Origin: Octopus sinensis
Lineage: Eukaryota
Length of the DNA stretch: 64,000 nt
Direction: 5' to 3'
Assembly: GCF_006345805.1 (NCBI RefSeq)
Contig: NC_042997.1
Coordinates: 152,706,001 to 152,770,000, forward strand
Within the stretch, counting starts at the first letter, position 1. The number at the start of each line of letters is the position of its first letter. The notes under the pieces are model-generated. The model saw only the letters and a list, made by a program, of their open reading frames with translations. It made no database searches and had not been told where the DNA came from. The translations under genes and the position numbers were made by a program. Positions 25,753 to 39,816 of this stretch are shown one piece after another.

Positions 25753-26559
25753 TGTGTGTGTATGTCTGTGTGTTGTATATGTCTATATGTTATGCATGCA
25801 TATATGTACGTTCTGGATATGACTTCAAATTGCATCTTGTAATGGGTCTGTGGTTCGAGAGTTCCAAAGTTATGGGAAGAGTGGAACCATCTCTTAGTCA
25901 CTATTGTTCTCAGTTCTGCTCCGATCTGAAGTAGTAAAACCCGTCAAGTTCCCCACTACAGGTTACCTAGATTATCTGATGACAATCCCTCTGAGAACGA
26001 GGACTTAGAAATACCCTTGGTTAGTGTCAGAGAGCTCAGTAAAAACAGTTGTCACTACAGCAGTGGAGTACAGAGATTCAGGGATGTAAAACCAGTAGTT
26101 TCATGTGATTACTGGTCATCTCATTTCGGTATATCACTAGATTCTTATCACGGTGACTCAGAGAGTCATACTCGTGTTGTACAGTTGTTTATCACTGTAA
26201 CCAAATGATGCACAGATGCTTCCTTATGGTGACCTCATTTGTCATTTCATCTACTGAAAATCCTATGGCAATAGAAGAGAGGCAACATGTGCAGGCCTAA
26301 CCAGTTAGAAGCAGATAACGACTTTCGTTTATCACTTAAGCTCCAAACTTTTCAGAACGGAAACAGTGCTGAACAACTGTCTGAGTGAACTCATACATGG
26401 AAGTCAAAAATGCTTTTAACAACTGGGAAACACAAGGAGCCTCAGTTATCTGTGAAGATGGAGCAATCACCGTATATGATCTACTTTTCTTAATTCAGAA
26501 TAAATTTTGACCGATCACCTACATGGTAGCAAGGTCAAGAAGAAAGCATCATGTTTACA

Positions 26560-27250
26560 CACCATTCTTTAAATCTTAAGAAGGCCTTGTAGATTTTTAA
26601 AGTCCCCAATATCGTATTCATTTGTAGCGTATGAATTAAGGAATTGCATTCTCACCCTAAGATCACAAGTTCAACGATACTTTGCTCCGTTGCTCTAATA
26701 TTAATAATAGGTGTGAAGCTAAAAGTGTATCTTGGGTACAGAGGATCCAAATTCCTTGTCAACGGTCCATAAATGTCCTCTTTCTCTTGTAATATTCTGT
26801 TTTCTGACCACATTGGTGTCCAGAGGGCAGCTGATTTCCACAACAGAACATACATATTTCCTTGCATGCGTTTGTGTTTTAACTTGGTGGCTGTTTTGAG
26901 TTCCACCGCTATTTTTGTTACCCTTCGGTCTCAATATAGTCAACTTCGTCAGTAGGTGTTTTCTACGGAAACTGACACACAACGGAACTGAAACCGAAAC
27001 GATGGCTGCGTTTATTATACAGACGCAGCCATGCCTGTGTCTATATATAGAAAGAGTCGAAAGCTTGGCATATAAGTCATCAACTGTACGCACTCTTGTT
27101 TCTGTAATTTGCAAAAACTATAACACTAGCAGGAGCGGAACAATTGCATCATGTTTCGACGTGCTTCGCTTACTTCTCCATACTCTTTCAACTATTCACA
27201 AGCTAACTTATACCATCGGAGAAGGTTTTCGGCTAGTCCCGTAGCCACTT
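26560..27250 (-). mobile_element. Degraded RLE-type LINE 3' fragment
   Basis: RRNM/HDAIV (RHD-like) and CSVVEISCPLDTNV..EKEDIYGPL..PII; probably related to the 10368 lineage. Confidence 0.6.
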
Positions 27251-28233
27251 ATGCACCGCTTCCAGCATTTTGTCCGTAGCCAATCGACGATCTCGTAAAG
27301 GCTGTTGAGTTTTCCCAAGATTATTCCAGCGGCTCACAACCCAAAGTTTCAATGGTTTCAAAGCGTGAGCGTCTATATGTTGAAGTGCATTTTTGCGCAA
27401 AATTAATACTTCGTTTGACAATAGACCTCGGTATTTGGTATGAACTGTTGATTTCAGTTTGCTGGCCAGCATTTTACTATATCCTACACTAATGACTCCT
27501 CTTCCAGTATAGGTCTTTTTGCGTCTCCCAGAAACGGGTAGAGTTATTTTCTCTGTTGAAAATTGAATTTTGAATTTATTCTTCGCTGGCATCTCCAGGT
27601 GTTTCCACTTCAAACTCTGCCTTTAGTATTCGTCTCCTGTGACTATTCTCTCCCAAAGGGCTCCTCCTTCGTCGTTGTAGCAGTCGAGTAAGCTTTGATA
27701 GATCTCCACACGATCACGCTTAGCTTTCTGAGCACCCATCTCGGCACGAAGCTTGTGGATGATTTCATATTCAGAATCATTTGCAGTGAACATACCACCT
27801 CATTATCTATCACATGTCGGTTCACCAGAACCATCTTTGGAGCCTTTGGATCTTCACATTAGTGGTGAAGATTGACGTATGTCCTGTTCCCACTTCATGC
27901 TTCATGCTTGTCAGACCGTTTTTAAAATTCTCTATTCACTCACACACATTCCCACATTCCTGCCGTCTCTATATTATACTGAAAGTCTGACATAAATTTC
28001 AGCCCAAGGCACACTTTCAGACGAGATAAATCGACTCACTGATCTCTGTTCTTCCTTGATGCGTACTGCCAGCGAAGAGGCCATATCTAGTCTTAAATAC
28101 TAGGAAAAAAACTAGAGCGATCAATGTCAATTATAAAACAGCAAGAGTGCTACCTTTTAGCAAGCTGAATGAATTGCAACCAAAATAAAGTTAGTTTTGA
28201 CGAAGGTGCGGATAATATTTTCTTTCCTTACAC

Positions 28234-28284
28234 GTACACACACACACACACTCACACACACACACACACGCGCACACACACACG

Positions 28285-28353
<69 letters not shown>
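28234..28353 (+). repeat. (CA)n/(TA)n microsatellite
   Basis: Direct reading. Confidence 0.95.
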
Positions 28354-28354
<1 letters not shown>

Positions 28355-28639
28355 AAAACAAGTCTCAAAAGGTCTCAGAGAATAGTAGAGTGGAAATAGT
28401 ATCTGACATGCTATTTTTTTATATCCAATGAGCTTTGTACACCTTGTCAATATACTGTTTTCAAAGACAAACGGGAAGAGAAACGTTTCCTTATTGATGA
28501 ATCAATCACTAATGTACATTAGTTGGTTACCAGGATATAATTGCAGACTCGTGCATTGTCTCAGTGCAGTTGCCACCAACTCGAGTGAAAGAACTCCCTC
28601 AACACGTCCACAGAGTACTCTTTGTTGACAGTCTGGCTA

Positions 28640-29240
28640 GTGGGAATCCAGGGGATATAGATGATGGCCATGCTGTAGAAAATGGGTAGCACCACGAGCT
28701 TTCTGGTGGAGTTGTGTCTGGCCTCCTTGTGTCTGATAAAGCCAGTACGCTTCCATTGGGCATCGTTTCTTGGTCTCTGGGTTATAACAGTACATTCATC
28801 TTTAGTCGCAGGTTACCAGATGCTCAAATAATCTTGGACAACAAGAAATAGGCTCAGCCATCTTCTTGCTGTTACCGATGTGTCTTTCCTTCTGTTCGTC
28901 GCTGAACAACCTGGAAGCAAACTTTGCACAAATTTTGCGCATGTTCAGATAGTCATGAATAATTCCGTACAAAGTTGTCACACCTACTCCAAACTGTATA
29001 CGTATTGTGTTTACAGACACAAGACGGTGTCCAGAAAATTGCTAGGTCTCCTGCCGACATCTCTCATCGTCGGTAACCTCCTGTCTACCTTTCATAAACG
29101 TCTTGTGCCAGCGAAAAACTGATGCTTGGCTGGTATAAATTAATCCTTAAGCAGTCTAGAGCATTTCGTAAGCTTCTATCTCATTTCTACTCAGTTTAAA
29201 ACAAAATATTATTGTATAATAAGCTTCAAAATTATATTCA
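28640..29240 (-). mobile_element. Mariner-like transposase relic
   Basis: IIHDYLNMRKICAKFASRLFSDEQKERH..LVTCD corresponds to the mariner WVPRxL linker and the first catalytic D (TGDE). Confidence 0.75.
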
Positions 29241-29784
29241 CGACCCGAATACATCCTGAAAACTAGTCAGTTGTGACAAATAGTGTTTAGTAGGGTGTGT
29301 TCAAAATGCTATTACAGCTGTCTCCTTCAATCTCCTTATAAAATGTATAGCAATGATGTACTAAAATTAATTAGATAGGATACTTATAAAATCTCAGAAC
29401 TTTTGGATTGTTTCTCGTATATTTTAGGGAATGAAAATCCTCTCAGCAGTGATTACTGTGAAAGTTAGATGCATTTTTACCTCGTTGACCGTTATCAGTT
29501 GCCTATAGTTAGAGTCAGCCACATGCTTAGACAGATTTTGTCACCACCGATATAAAGGAAAACAGTAAATAAACTTTCACTGGTGTTGCTAATAGTCTTT
29601 ACTTTGTATTCGTTGGCTTCTGTGAAGATGGAAGATATTTCTGAGTTTTTAACACACTAGTATTAATCTTCCATTATTTGTTACTATTTTTGAAATCTTA
29701 GAATTTTATGTATATTATTTGTGACTTGAGTAAGATATGACCGATATGATCATTTTTGCTACTTATATTAATTGCTATCAAAGT

Positions 29785-30420
29785 CGGTGAGCTGGAAAAA
29801 TCGTTAATACATCGGGCAGAATGCTCAGCAGTGTTTTATCCGTCCTTATGTTCTGAGCTTAGATCTTCTTGTCTTATAACGACATTCACATAGGAAGGAT
29901 TCAACTGGCTTCTGTTGAGTTCACCGTGTTGTGAGTTCATAGGAGTTTCAAGGGACGATCAGAGTCCGCCAAAACAGTTCCCATCTGTATTCGTAAGCTA
30001 CCATATATGACCGGTGGGAGGGCATCTTCATGTTACGACTTCTCGCTCTAGGAAGCATGCAGACGCGATTTAGAGCCACGAGGAAACCGTCGAGTTCCGG
30101 AACAGACACCACCTCGAGTTTACTTTTTCCTTCCAGTTAGCGAGGTTGCGGCCCAAGCATCAATGGTGTCGGACCTGTCCGCTTTGGGTGGCCCTACTAG
30201 GAACTCGAAGCCTCCAATAACATAGGTCTGACACTCGTTTAACCTTCCCACCACGATGAGCTCAAGTGTTGGACTTTGAGGAAGCTCAAATGCTGCAGAG
30301 ATCGACTTTGTCTTCCATCCTTTCGGGATTGATAAAACAGGTATGAGATGAAACTGGGGTCGATGTAATAAATGTAGCCCTGCCCCCAAATCTGCTGACC
30401 CTGTGACAAATTTTGAAACC
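29785..30420 (+). mobile_element. Nin/Deu SINE interrupted by an insert of about 420 bp
   Basis: Head 29785-29860, core and tail resume at about 30284. Confidence 0.7.
29862..30283 (-). mobile_element. Probable RTE-clade LINE 5' end fragment
   Basis: GGGTGGCCCTACTAGGA..CATAGGTCT..CCCACCACGA resembles the reverse complement of RTE 5'UTRs as recalled; no ORF. Confidence 0.4.
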
Positions 30421-30508
30421 GATATTAATTACTAATATTATCCCAGAATTTTATGTCAATACCAACGAAGCTGGAATGAATATTATTGAGTATTAATGTA
30501 AAAAAAAA

Positions 30509-30509
<1 letters not shown>

Positions 30510-30561
<52 letters not shown>

Positions 30562-30577
30562 TATTATATTATTATTA
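30510..30577 (+). repeat. (TTA)n microsatellite
   Basis: Direct reading. Confidence 0.9.
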
Positions 30578-32584
30578 CTGAAAAGCTCTTTGTAGAATGT
30601 GTCTTTTGGCCACACACTGTTTAATTGTGTTTCTTAATTTACTTACGCTTCTATATAGTCGTACGGAAGCCACATACAGAGATCCTATCACTTCAGATTA
30701 CCAATATCTTTTTTCTACTTCCACCATTCTATTTCTAGTGTTTTCGGGCATCGCAGTATCGAGTATTACGTATTCTTTTGGCTTGTTGTTCTCTACAACG
30801 ATAGCGACAACATCCAGTGTAATATTTTCTTTTACGAGGTCACATTCGACATTGAATCTCAGAGGATTTTATTCATCTTATTGTGGGTGATATATGTTTT
30901 ATACCATTTTCTTAACTCGTATTAAACATTCCACATAATTTCTAGTTACTATTACAAGCAATAATATTATGCTTAAAAGATATTTGAATATGAAGTTTAA
31001 TGTTTAGAAAAGTTCTTCATTATTAACTGTTAAACCTTTCAAAATCCTTTCTAACAGCAGTTTTGCACTATTGTTTGCCCGCCGTTCCTGACGTCTTCTT
31101 CGCATGTAATTATGTAACTGGTTATTTACAAGCTATGTAAGATCGTACTAATGCAAAACCATTTTCACGTAACTTACTCAGAAGAGGAAAACCAACACCC
31201 GCGACATTTTAAAATGGGAATCGGAAAATTATTGGGTGGAAGGAAAGTAAGTTTACCTGGGAATTTCCTGTGATGCTTGCGACAGTGTGTACTCCGCTAA
31301 AAGTGCCGAAGCGCCGAGTGGTGATAATGGTTGAGGTATCATACTAAAGATAAAAAGAATGAGGAAAGGATCATTGAATTACAGAACTTATGCGAAGAGA
31401 ATAGAGTGGGTAAAGCTCCAAATAGAGCAGGTAAAGCTCGAAAGAACCTTTGGCCTGAGTTGTTAAACGGCATACAACTGTTTGTAGCAATGACATTAAT
31501 AACATCTAAAACCTGTATGTCACATACGTGATGCCAACAACCATGTAAGGATTTCTTGGCGTTCTGTGTACAATGAAAGGAAAGATATGATGTGCACTCC
31601 TAGTTACTCTACACCCACAGCAATGAAAATATTACATCTTCTGCAACAGCAACATCAGATGTAGGAACAGTATATGGAATAGCAACAAACCGTAATAACA
31701 ACAAACTCAACAGAAGCAGCAATAGTAGCAAAAACATCAGCAAGAACAACAGTAGCAACACCAATAAAAATAAAAGCAACCGCAACAGTACATTAGACCT
31801 CAGTGCTCAACTGATACTTATTTTATCGACTCCGAATGGATGAAAGGAAAAAACGACATCGACGGAATTTGAACAACGAATCTAATAATAAAGCCTGCCA
31901 CCATCAAAAAAGTGTTTTCAGCAATGCTTTCATTATTGCAAACACTAACACAAGCGCAGAAAGACCCCCATCTCCCATAAGGAGAGCATGTCATCTTGTC
32001 TTCTTGTTTTCTTTACCATTTGAAAAGGGACTGCAGGTTAAGAACGAGTGATACATGTATTTTATGTCGCGCTACTTTGTTTTTGTTTTGGTGTTGTTCT
32101 GAGAAGGATTCCTACTTTGAAGAGGTTAGCATTACACACTAGCGATGATTTGCTTGCGATTTTGGTTTTTAAATCTGCTGTTATCTCTGCTACTACTCTT
32201 CACGTTGCCCATGATTCTGATACTGTGAGTACGGTTGCTGTTCTGATTATGTTTTCAGCATGCCTGGTTGAATACAGAAAACTTTATAGTGGCTAGTGTA
32301 ACAGCCACAACTTATATTGTAACTTCAGCCACAACTTATATTGTATCCCCATCTTCCAAATAAAAGAAGTGACGGATCTTTGCCAAGTTGTCTAGTGTGA
32401 ACAGCATCAGCAACTCAGGTCGTAGCTCCAATCACTTTTTGAATGGAGTAGATTTTGAAATGACAGATTCATTCTCCTCTAAGATAGGAGTAGAATATGT
32501 TATATTAATTTCTGGTATTTCATTCGTGAATGTGAGCTTAGTTATTCGCTTTTCGTTATAGGATGATTAGTCCACATAACTCCG

Positions 32585-32760
32585 TAAGGTTTCCCGGTTT
32601 CTCTGGCACATATATTTCTCCATGGACTCGAAGCCGCTCCGTCGCAGGATTGCTCATATTTACCAACTGAATAGACTGAAGCAATGTTAAGCGAACTGTT
32701 TTGCTCAAGAACACAACGCATCGCCTAGTCCAACACCCTAACCTCTAAGCCATGCGCATC
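32585..32760 (-). mobile_element. tRNA-derived SINE fragment
   Basis: Minus-strand head GCGCATGGCTTAGAGGTTAGGGTG..TGTGTTCTTGAGCAAAACA. Confidence 0.65.
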
Positions 32761-33562
32761 CATATCGTTATAGGTTGGTAGTAATAAATGTCTGTTGGGG
32801 GAGCCCTGCTTTATTCATAATCGTCTTTTCATCGGGGTATATATCCAACACAATATTGCTTGCCTTCTATACGTACCTTGAAGAATCTCACATTTCCAGC
32901 ATACATTCATTTTCCTATTTCTATCTGGATGTAGTTGAATATTCATTTTGCCCCCCCCCCTTTTATGCTTCTATTATTCAGGGCCCCTCTTTGTATTTAA
33001 TTTTTCTCCGAATCTGGTAGTGCCAACAGATTTCATCGAATTAAACATATTGTATTTGAATTTGAAGTACTCTTTTTCTATTAATGAAGACACTACTTTA
33101 TTTGTGTTTGGGGAAAATTAAGTGGTGACGGTCAGAGTAAAAGTGTTGTGGTTGTTATTGTTGTGGCTGTCATTAGTAACGGTGATAGTGATGATAATGC
33201 TGGAGTTGCTCTTGTAGCTGCTCATAATTGTTTCATTTACTGTCTCCTCTTGAATGGCGAATGTGGTGATGTTATTTTTGTAAATCAATAATTTTGGTAT
33301 GTTACTGCTAATAATGTCCTTTTAATTTTAGCTTATTATTAACGTTTTAGTGTTTATTTCCATCTATTTTCTTCTTATTGTTGTTGGTGGTGGTGGTGGC
33401 AGTCATGAAATATTGTTCTCTGCACTGTGGTGTGTTTTTATTACAGTTGTTCAGCAGACTATTGTTGCTGTATCTATTGTCAACCGTCCTTTTTCCAGAT
33501 GCGGATGGAAAAGTGAATAACATTAAATGGAGGCTTCGTCCACACCGATCCCTTCACTGCTC

Positions 33563-34202
33563 GGATCTTTTCCTTTTGAACGACAGACAATTTCTAGTTA
33601 ACTAAACACTTTAAAACTTCGTATACTGGTAGAATGTGTCAAAATAAAACATTTTTTCTCTTGGCTTTCTTGAGAAAATTGTAATTTGTTTGTTTAACGT
33701 AGTTTAATTTTTCGAATTTTAACCAATTCTATGCTCTGTTTTGAGCTAAATCATTTGCTGCGTCTAAAACTGAGACAACATCCTGTAACTAACCCTAAAC
33801 CTCCCCACTAACCCTAACCCTAACCCTAATTTTTCTTTTCTTAATTGTTAAATTAATTTAATTGTTACTCGTGTAAAAAAACTAAAGCAATGGAATTAAA
33901 TTAATTTAACAATTAAGAAAAAACATTAGGGTTAGGGTTAGGGGGAGGTTTAGGGTTAGTTACAGGATGTTGTCTCAGTTTTAGACGCAGCAAATGATTT
34001 TAGTTGAATGGAGGTAATCGATTGGTTAAAATTGCCGAAATGCTCGGATTTAAGACGAAATATCTTACAAACTATAGAATTTTCTCAATAAAACCAAGAG
34101 AAAATGATGTTTTGTAAACACATTCTACCAGTATACGAAGTTTAAAAGTGTTTAGTTAACTAGAAATTGTGTTGACATCTGCCGTTCAAAAGGAAAATAT
34201 CC
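33563..34202. mobile_element. Fold-back MITE with arms of about 300 bp containing TTAGGG repeats
   Basis: Ends GGATCTTTTCCTTTTGAACG / CGTTCAAAAGGAAAATATCC; arms complementary almost to the centre. Confidence 0.9.
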
Positions 34203-37200
34203 CACTCCTTTCTTGCTAAGAGAAAAAGTAATCGCCCACTAGACGATTTGCTAAGATACGAACCCAAGACCCTAAATAGTAAAAAGATAATTCTGACATT
34301 AAGCAAGACGTATATATAATAAAATAATATGTGTAACGAGGGCTACTCAAACATTTAAGACAATACAAGGAGAAAGCAGAGTGGGGACTGATAAACTCAT
34401 GCAAACAATAGAAACAATATCACTTAACATAGGAATTATAACAAAATTTCATGATAAGGATAGAAGAAAAAGAAGAACAACATGAAAAATAAAAGAGCGG
34501 TAAAAATGGTTGAATGTCGAATAAACGGCTTGTTTTGGTATTCAAATTCGGCGTTACACGTTCGAAACTCAAACTCTCGCCAGAATCTTCACATCCGTCG
34601 CAAAACAAGTACCAGTTATATATTTTGGTTGAAGTGGTTGATTAAACTAATCCGGTGAAATGTTTGACGCGCTGCCAAAGTTAGAAATCGTTTTTGTTAT
34701 ATGTCATTTGTATTGCTTTAGAATTTATCAGGTCTCATGTTTTAAAATGACAGATTCACCTTTGGGAGTTCGACGTTTTCAGACTTTAATGTGAAGTGAA
34801 TTTCATTTTCTTTTTGCAGCGAGTATAATGGCGTTGTATTTTACATTTTATACCTCATTTCCTTTCATGAACTTCAACGAAGCCTTTTATACAGGTGCAT
34901 ATATTATATTGTATAAATAAATTCGAATTCTGATTTAAGGTCATTTCATTATCGTTAAGAACACCATTTTTCCCTGCCTGAGTGGGATTTTCAAAATTAT
35001 CCCTTGGGAATGATAATTGAAAATAACAGATAGAAATTATAGTATAATTATGGTTAAGTTGTATAAATTTAGATCCATTTTCTGCACTGGGAAATCTCCA
35101 GTCTTATAAATCTCTCCGCTCAGATATTTCTCTTCTCTATGCTTTTAGTGTTTTAACAAAAATTATTTTGAATTGTAAAATATTCTCTCTTTGTCTAAAC
35201 TAGCATTAAAACAGCTGCATCACATGCATCAAACATCAAGTCATGAAGCTGGTTGTTGGAATGAAGAATGAGATGATATATATAAAGTAATGTGATGAAA
35301 ATGGACTGAATCTTTTCAGGTCTTTGTGAACATTTTTGATTAGTTCAATTATTAAATATTTCTTTTTCTCTGAGAATACAGAAAGTTAAAAAGAAAAAAA
35401 ATACTTTCACTTAAATGAAACAACTCATCTAAGTGGAGCGTAATTCTATACGTGATGTGACTTTCCAAAGGGGATTTTTAAACCTTTTAAGATCAATTTT
35501 AATGCATTTGTGTGCTCACAAAACGAAAACAAAAATCTCCGTAAATGATATTTTATCATTTCACATCAAATATTCTTGTAACATCATTAAAGTCGCACAC
35601 ATACATCCTCATGTCCACGTATACGTGTGTAGAGATGAACAAAAACAGACATTCATATGCAAGCAAATGATATTCATAGATGGATATGAACATTAGAAGA
35701 AAAGAAAGAGCAATTATAATATTCTTGATTTTGTTTTTTTAAGAGCATTAACGATGGCCATGATGTGTTGCTCTATTCATAAAATCATGAATACAATAGC
35801 GCTAATACGTTAATGATGAGTACCCTTGATTGCCATTTTTAATTGTTTTTATATTAGTTATGCCTTTATCATTGGAGAAAAACATGGCCTACCGACCTGG
35901 TTGGGGTGGAAGGAGAAAGTTACTCTCAGTCTTAAAGTTAAATTTGAAAGCTTACAATATAGGGGACATTGCTAAACTCACCCAAGATCCATGTGGGTTT
36001 GCTAAACCTGGTAATGAATTAAGTTTAAATCCAAGAACAGACACAATCCATCTATTGATATTCAATGTAGTCACAGTTTCCTTTTATCCAATTCCAAATG
36101 TTGACTTCAGAGGAGAGTAGAAGTTATACTCCAAAGATACTCCACAATTAGATAGAAGCTCGAACTTCATGATTACAAAACGAACTTCTGAATTATTTGG
36201 CTAAGTTTGCGATTATTGTACTAGACAAGACACATTCGTAGTTAAATGCTTCTATAGTACCCCTGCACTGCACATGCAAATATACACACGCAAATGTTCC
36301 CAAACATACAAAAGCATGTACATCTATATTGCGTTAATGAATTTCGCGCAAATCATTTGAAGACTAATTTAGTTTCACTTGAGAAAGCAGCTGAACTGTA
36401 GGCTTTGAACTCGTGATTGATGCTATTATACGGGAAAATATTTGGCGTGCCCAAGATTTTATGTTGTTGTTAAGTTACAGTTGTTGTTTATATCAAGGTT
36501 ATCTCTCACAGAGCATACTTGAGATAAAAAGCAATCCAACTGTGACGGGACTCTATATTTCAGATATTATGCATTTAAGACAGCATGCTGCTGTGATAGC
36601 AGCCAAATTCTTTCAAATCATACTCAAATATCTTATATAAAAGGAGAAACATTAATTTTCAGCTTGGAATCAAGAATGTCGCAAGATACAGAAAAAGGGA
36701 AATTGATCTTGATTGCAGCGCATGTGATCATATGTCCCCTCAATCAGATTTGACTTGGGACTGAACAACAATAACAACAATATGTTGACGCAATCTATCA
36801 CCCATCTTGCTTTCGAATACTTTCAGCGGCACCTACTCTATTGAAAGCATTTAGAACAGAAGTCCGTTCTAAGGATAATTTACTTCCTTTTGCTAACTTG
36901 CATCATAGGAACCTGTAAAGAATTCTCTGTCTAATCCTTCTATGAAAAATTATACATAAATACATGGTCCTCCATATGAGACACAAATGCTTTGCTTATT
37001 GCAAACTTTCAACAGAAATGGCCATTGGTTACTTTGTAGAAATATCCATGAATGAGACAGAGATCGTTAAGAGAAAATTAATGAGCCAATCAGCAAATAA
37101 TTATCTTTCCAGTCGATATTCACGTGTTCATTTTTAATTAGGAATTTTCCATTAATGCCAGAATTTATCTCCTTAAAATTTAATTGCTCTTTGAGAACTC

Positions 37201-37864
37201 CAAATTTAAGAAGTCCTACGGATGTGCATGTGTTGCTTTTATTATTTGAAGTTGTTGTTATATAACACCATGTCTTTCCTAATTGGGTACGTCTGCCACC
37301 AAACAGCATCCCAGCCTTGACTACCTAGGTATTTGGGGGTTATGTAAGACTACATTAACCGCAGTATCTTTTTCTTATTTAAGACGGCAAAGTGTATTTC
37401 ATGAGAGATTTAGTTGCTATTTCTAGCGCGTCGATTAAACACATAAAGGACAGCTTGTTTGCACAAACGTATAGTATGAGGTTTTATACAAATCAAGTTT
37501 CTTTTCTCATTAGCTTATACCAAAAACTTCAGATTTAAAAATTACTATTTCGCTGAACAATATATTACATATATATGTATATACAAAAAAAAAAGTTTAT
37601 TTATTACTGAGTGGCAATTTTCCAAAACTTTTATTATCAAATGTGCCAGGTGAAAGCGAAAGATTACAAAATAAAGAGTGGGGGAAGGGAACAGTCGCTG
37701 CTATTAACATCACTACAATAGTTGCCAGGTACGTTTAGTAGCGTTCTCCTGCTTGTGAACATTCGGGGCCGTTCTGCAGTCTGAGATGAATTTTCCTTCA
37801 TCTATCTTACTGGTCTAGGCTGATTGACGTAGCCATTACCCCACCTAATATGACAATATGTTGA

Positions 37865-38315
37865 ACATATTAGTTTCAAATTTTGATACAGGGCCAGCAA
37901 CTCAAGAGAAAGAGCTAAATCAATTAAATCGGCCGCAATACTCAACGGGTACTTATTTTATCGACCCTGAAAGGATGAGAAGCAAAGTCGACCTGGGGTC
38001 GAATTTGAATTCAGAAAGTAGAAACGGTCGAAATGCCGCTAAGTATTTTGTCCGTGTTAACGATTCTGTTACTTCGGCGTTTTAATAATAAATATGATAA
38101 TTCTGTCTAGTATAGGCAGAAGACCTGAAATTTTAGGAGAGAGGTTAAGTCGAATGCATCGACCCCAGTACTCAACTGATACTTAATTTATCGATCCCAA
38201 AGGATTAAAGGCGAAGTCGACCTCGGCCGAATTTGAATACAGACAGTAAAGACGGACGAAATGCCGCTAATTATTTTTGCCTGGCGTGCTAACGATTCTG
38301 CCAGCAGGCCGCCAT
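37865..38315 (-). mobile_element. Two adjacent Nin/Deu SINE copies
   Basis: Cores at about 37960 and 38190; heads at about 38078 and 38313. Confidence 0.8.
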
Positions 38316-38719
38316 TTTGCTTAGGATATTTTGAAATAGCTTTTTGCATTTAGTGCTTAGTTAACTTCAGTGATATCTTTTTGATAGAAAAATGAAAAAA
38401 AAAAATGAAGTCATGCGTTCACATTACTTTGGTTGCTCATGTGCTACATTTGAACAAAGAATTGCGATTACGATGCGACAAATATCATCAGACAAAATTA
38501 TGCGAGAAACAATTAACTAAAACATCTCAATCAGCAGACGAAACTATTTCGCAAACAAATCCTTGAGAGCTTAATATATACATAGATTTGCAATTATTCA
38601 CAATTTTTTGATTCTTTGAGACACATTATGACAAAAGTTTGAGGAATAAGGAATAATCGAATGTATACATTATGCTTATGAATTTGTTTTGCAGGATTTC
38701 TGATGTGAAATCGTGTGTT

Positions 38720-38952
38720 AAAACAAATATTTTGGGATGGCCTTTTTTTACTTGCCAGATATATATTCGTTCTTCCCTCATTTATCATTGGTCTTACTTT
38801 ATCTTATGTCCACCGTCTGGAAATTTTTGGTCATGCATCTGTGACCTCTTCAGCAACTCTTCCTTCACACGTGTATCTTCCTGTTCTGTTTAGTCCATTC
38901 TGTATTTCTATGATGTGTACTCCTACCTGCGCATGAGGTTTGCGCGCGCGCT

Positions 38953-38984
<32 letters not shown>

Positions 38985-39802
38985 CTTTGTGCGTGTTTGT
39001 GTGTATGATTGCGTGTTTGTGTGTGCGTGGCGGCGGCGGCGGCGAACTAGCATTAGATAAGGTAGACAACTTACTTTGAGGAGACGGCACATAGCATAGG
39101 AGAGCTGATAGGCGAGCACTGGCTGGATCTCAAAGAGGAGAAATGTTCGTCAATGTTCTACCAACATGCTCAATTAAAACATAAAGGCTTGGTTAATAAC
39201 AAAGAGGTTAAAGTATCATCGTGTCATAGAACAGACACGACACCTAGATTACGGGGGCCACACACTTGGCAATAGACAGGCCGAGTTTCAACAGAAAACA
39301 CGAATGGAATGATAACAACAACCACCACCACATTACACAACACGATGACTAAAGGTAGAAGGTAAAAAAGCATACATGCAAGCATTATAATACATAAACT
39401 GCTATATACACACAAAAGCGACACGCATGCACATACTTATGATGAAGTATAATAAATAAAGGTAAATAAGTAAATAAATGAAAGAAAAAGCTATTTAAAG
39501 AGCACAGATATAGTAAGCAAACCCATATACACATACAAAACATATAGATACACGTACACACATGTACGCACGCGCGTACACACACATACAGATAAGAATA
39601 CACATCATAGAAATATAGAATGGATTAAAAAGAACAGGGTGACACACGTAAGATAGAAGAGTTGCTGAAGAGGTCACTGATGTGTGACGAAAAATTTCCA
39701 GACAATGGACATAAGGTAAAATAAGTACCTTAATAAACGAGTGAAGAACGAATATATAGTACGTATTTAGATGGCAAGAAAAAAGGGACTGTCTCGATAT
39801 AT
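38720..39802. repeat. Diverged inverted repeat pair of about 210 bp (Penelope pLTR-like)
   Basis: About 38720-38930 is the reverse complement of about 39588-39802 (ORF-track peptides VH(R/C)LEIF..SVTSSATL appear on both strands). Confidence 0.85.
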
Positions 39803-39816
39803 AGCAATACATTATA

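Noticed and set aside
32302-32345. Short duplication CAGCCACAACTTATATTGTA x2
   Set aside because: Ordinary local slippage duplication
33790-33959. Telomere or chromosome-fusion scar
   Set aside because: Only a few repeats, placed symmetrically inside MITE arms, with CCCTAA before TTAGGG, which is opposite to an end-to-end fusion
34400-37800. Repeat-poor region that might hold host exons
   Set aside because: Only short ORFs with no recognisable domain; small exons cannot be excluded without RNA data
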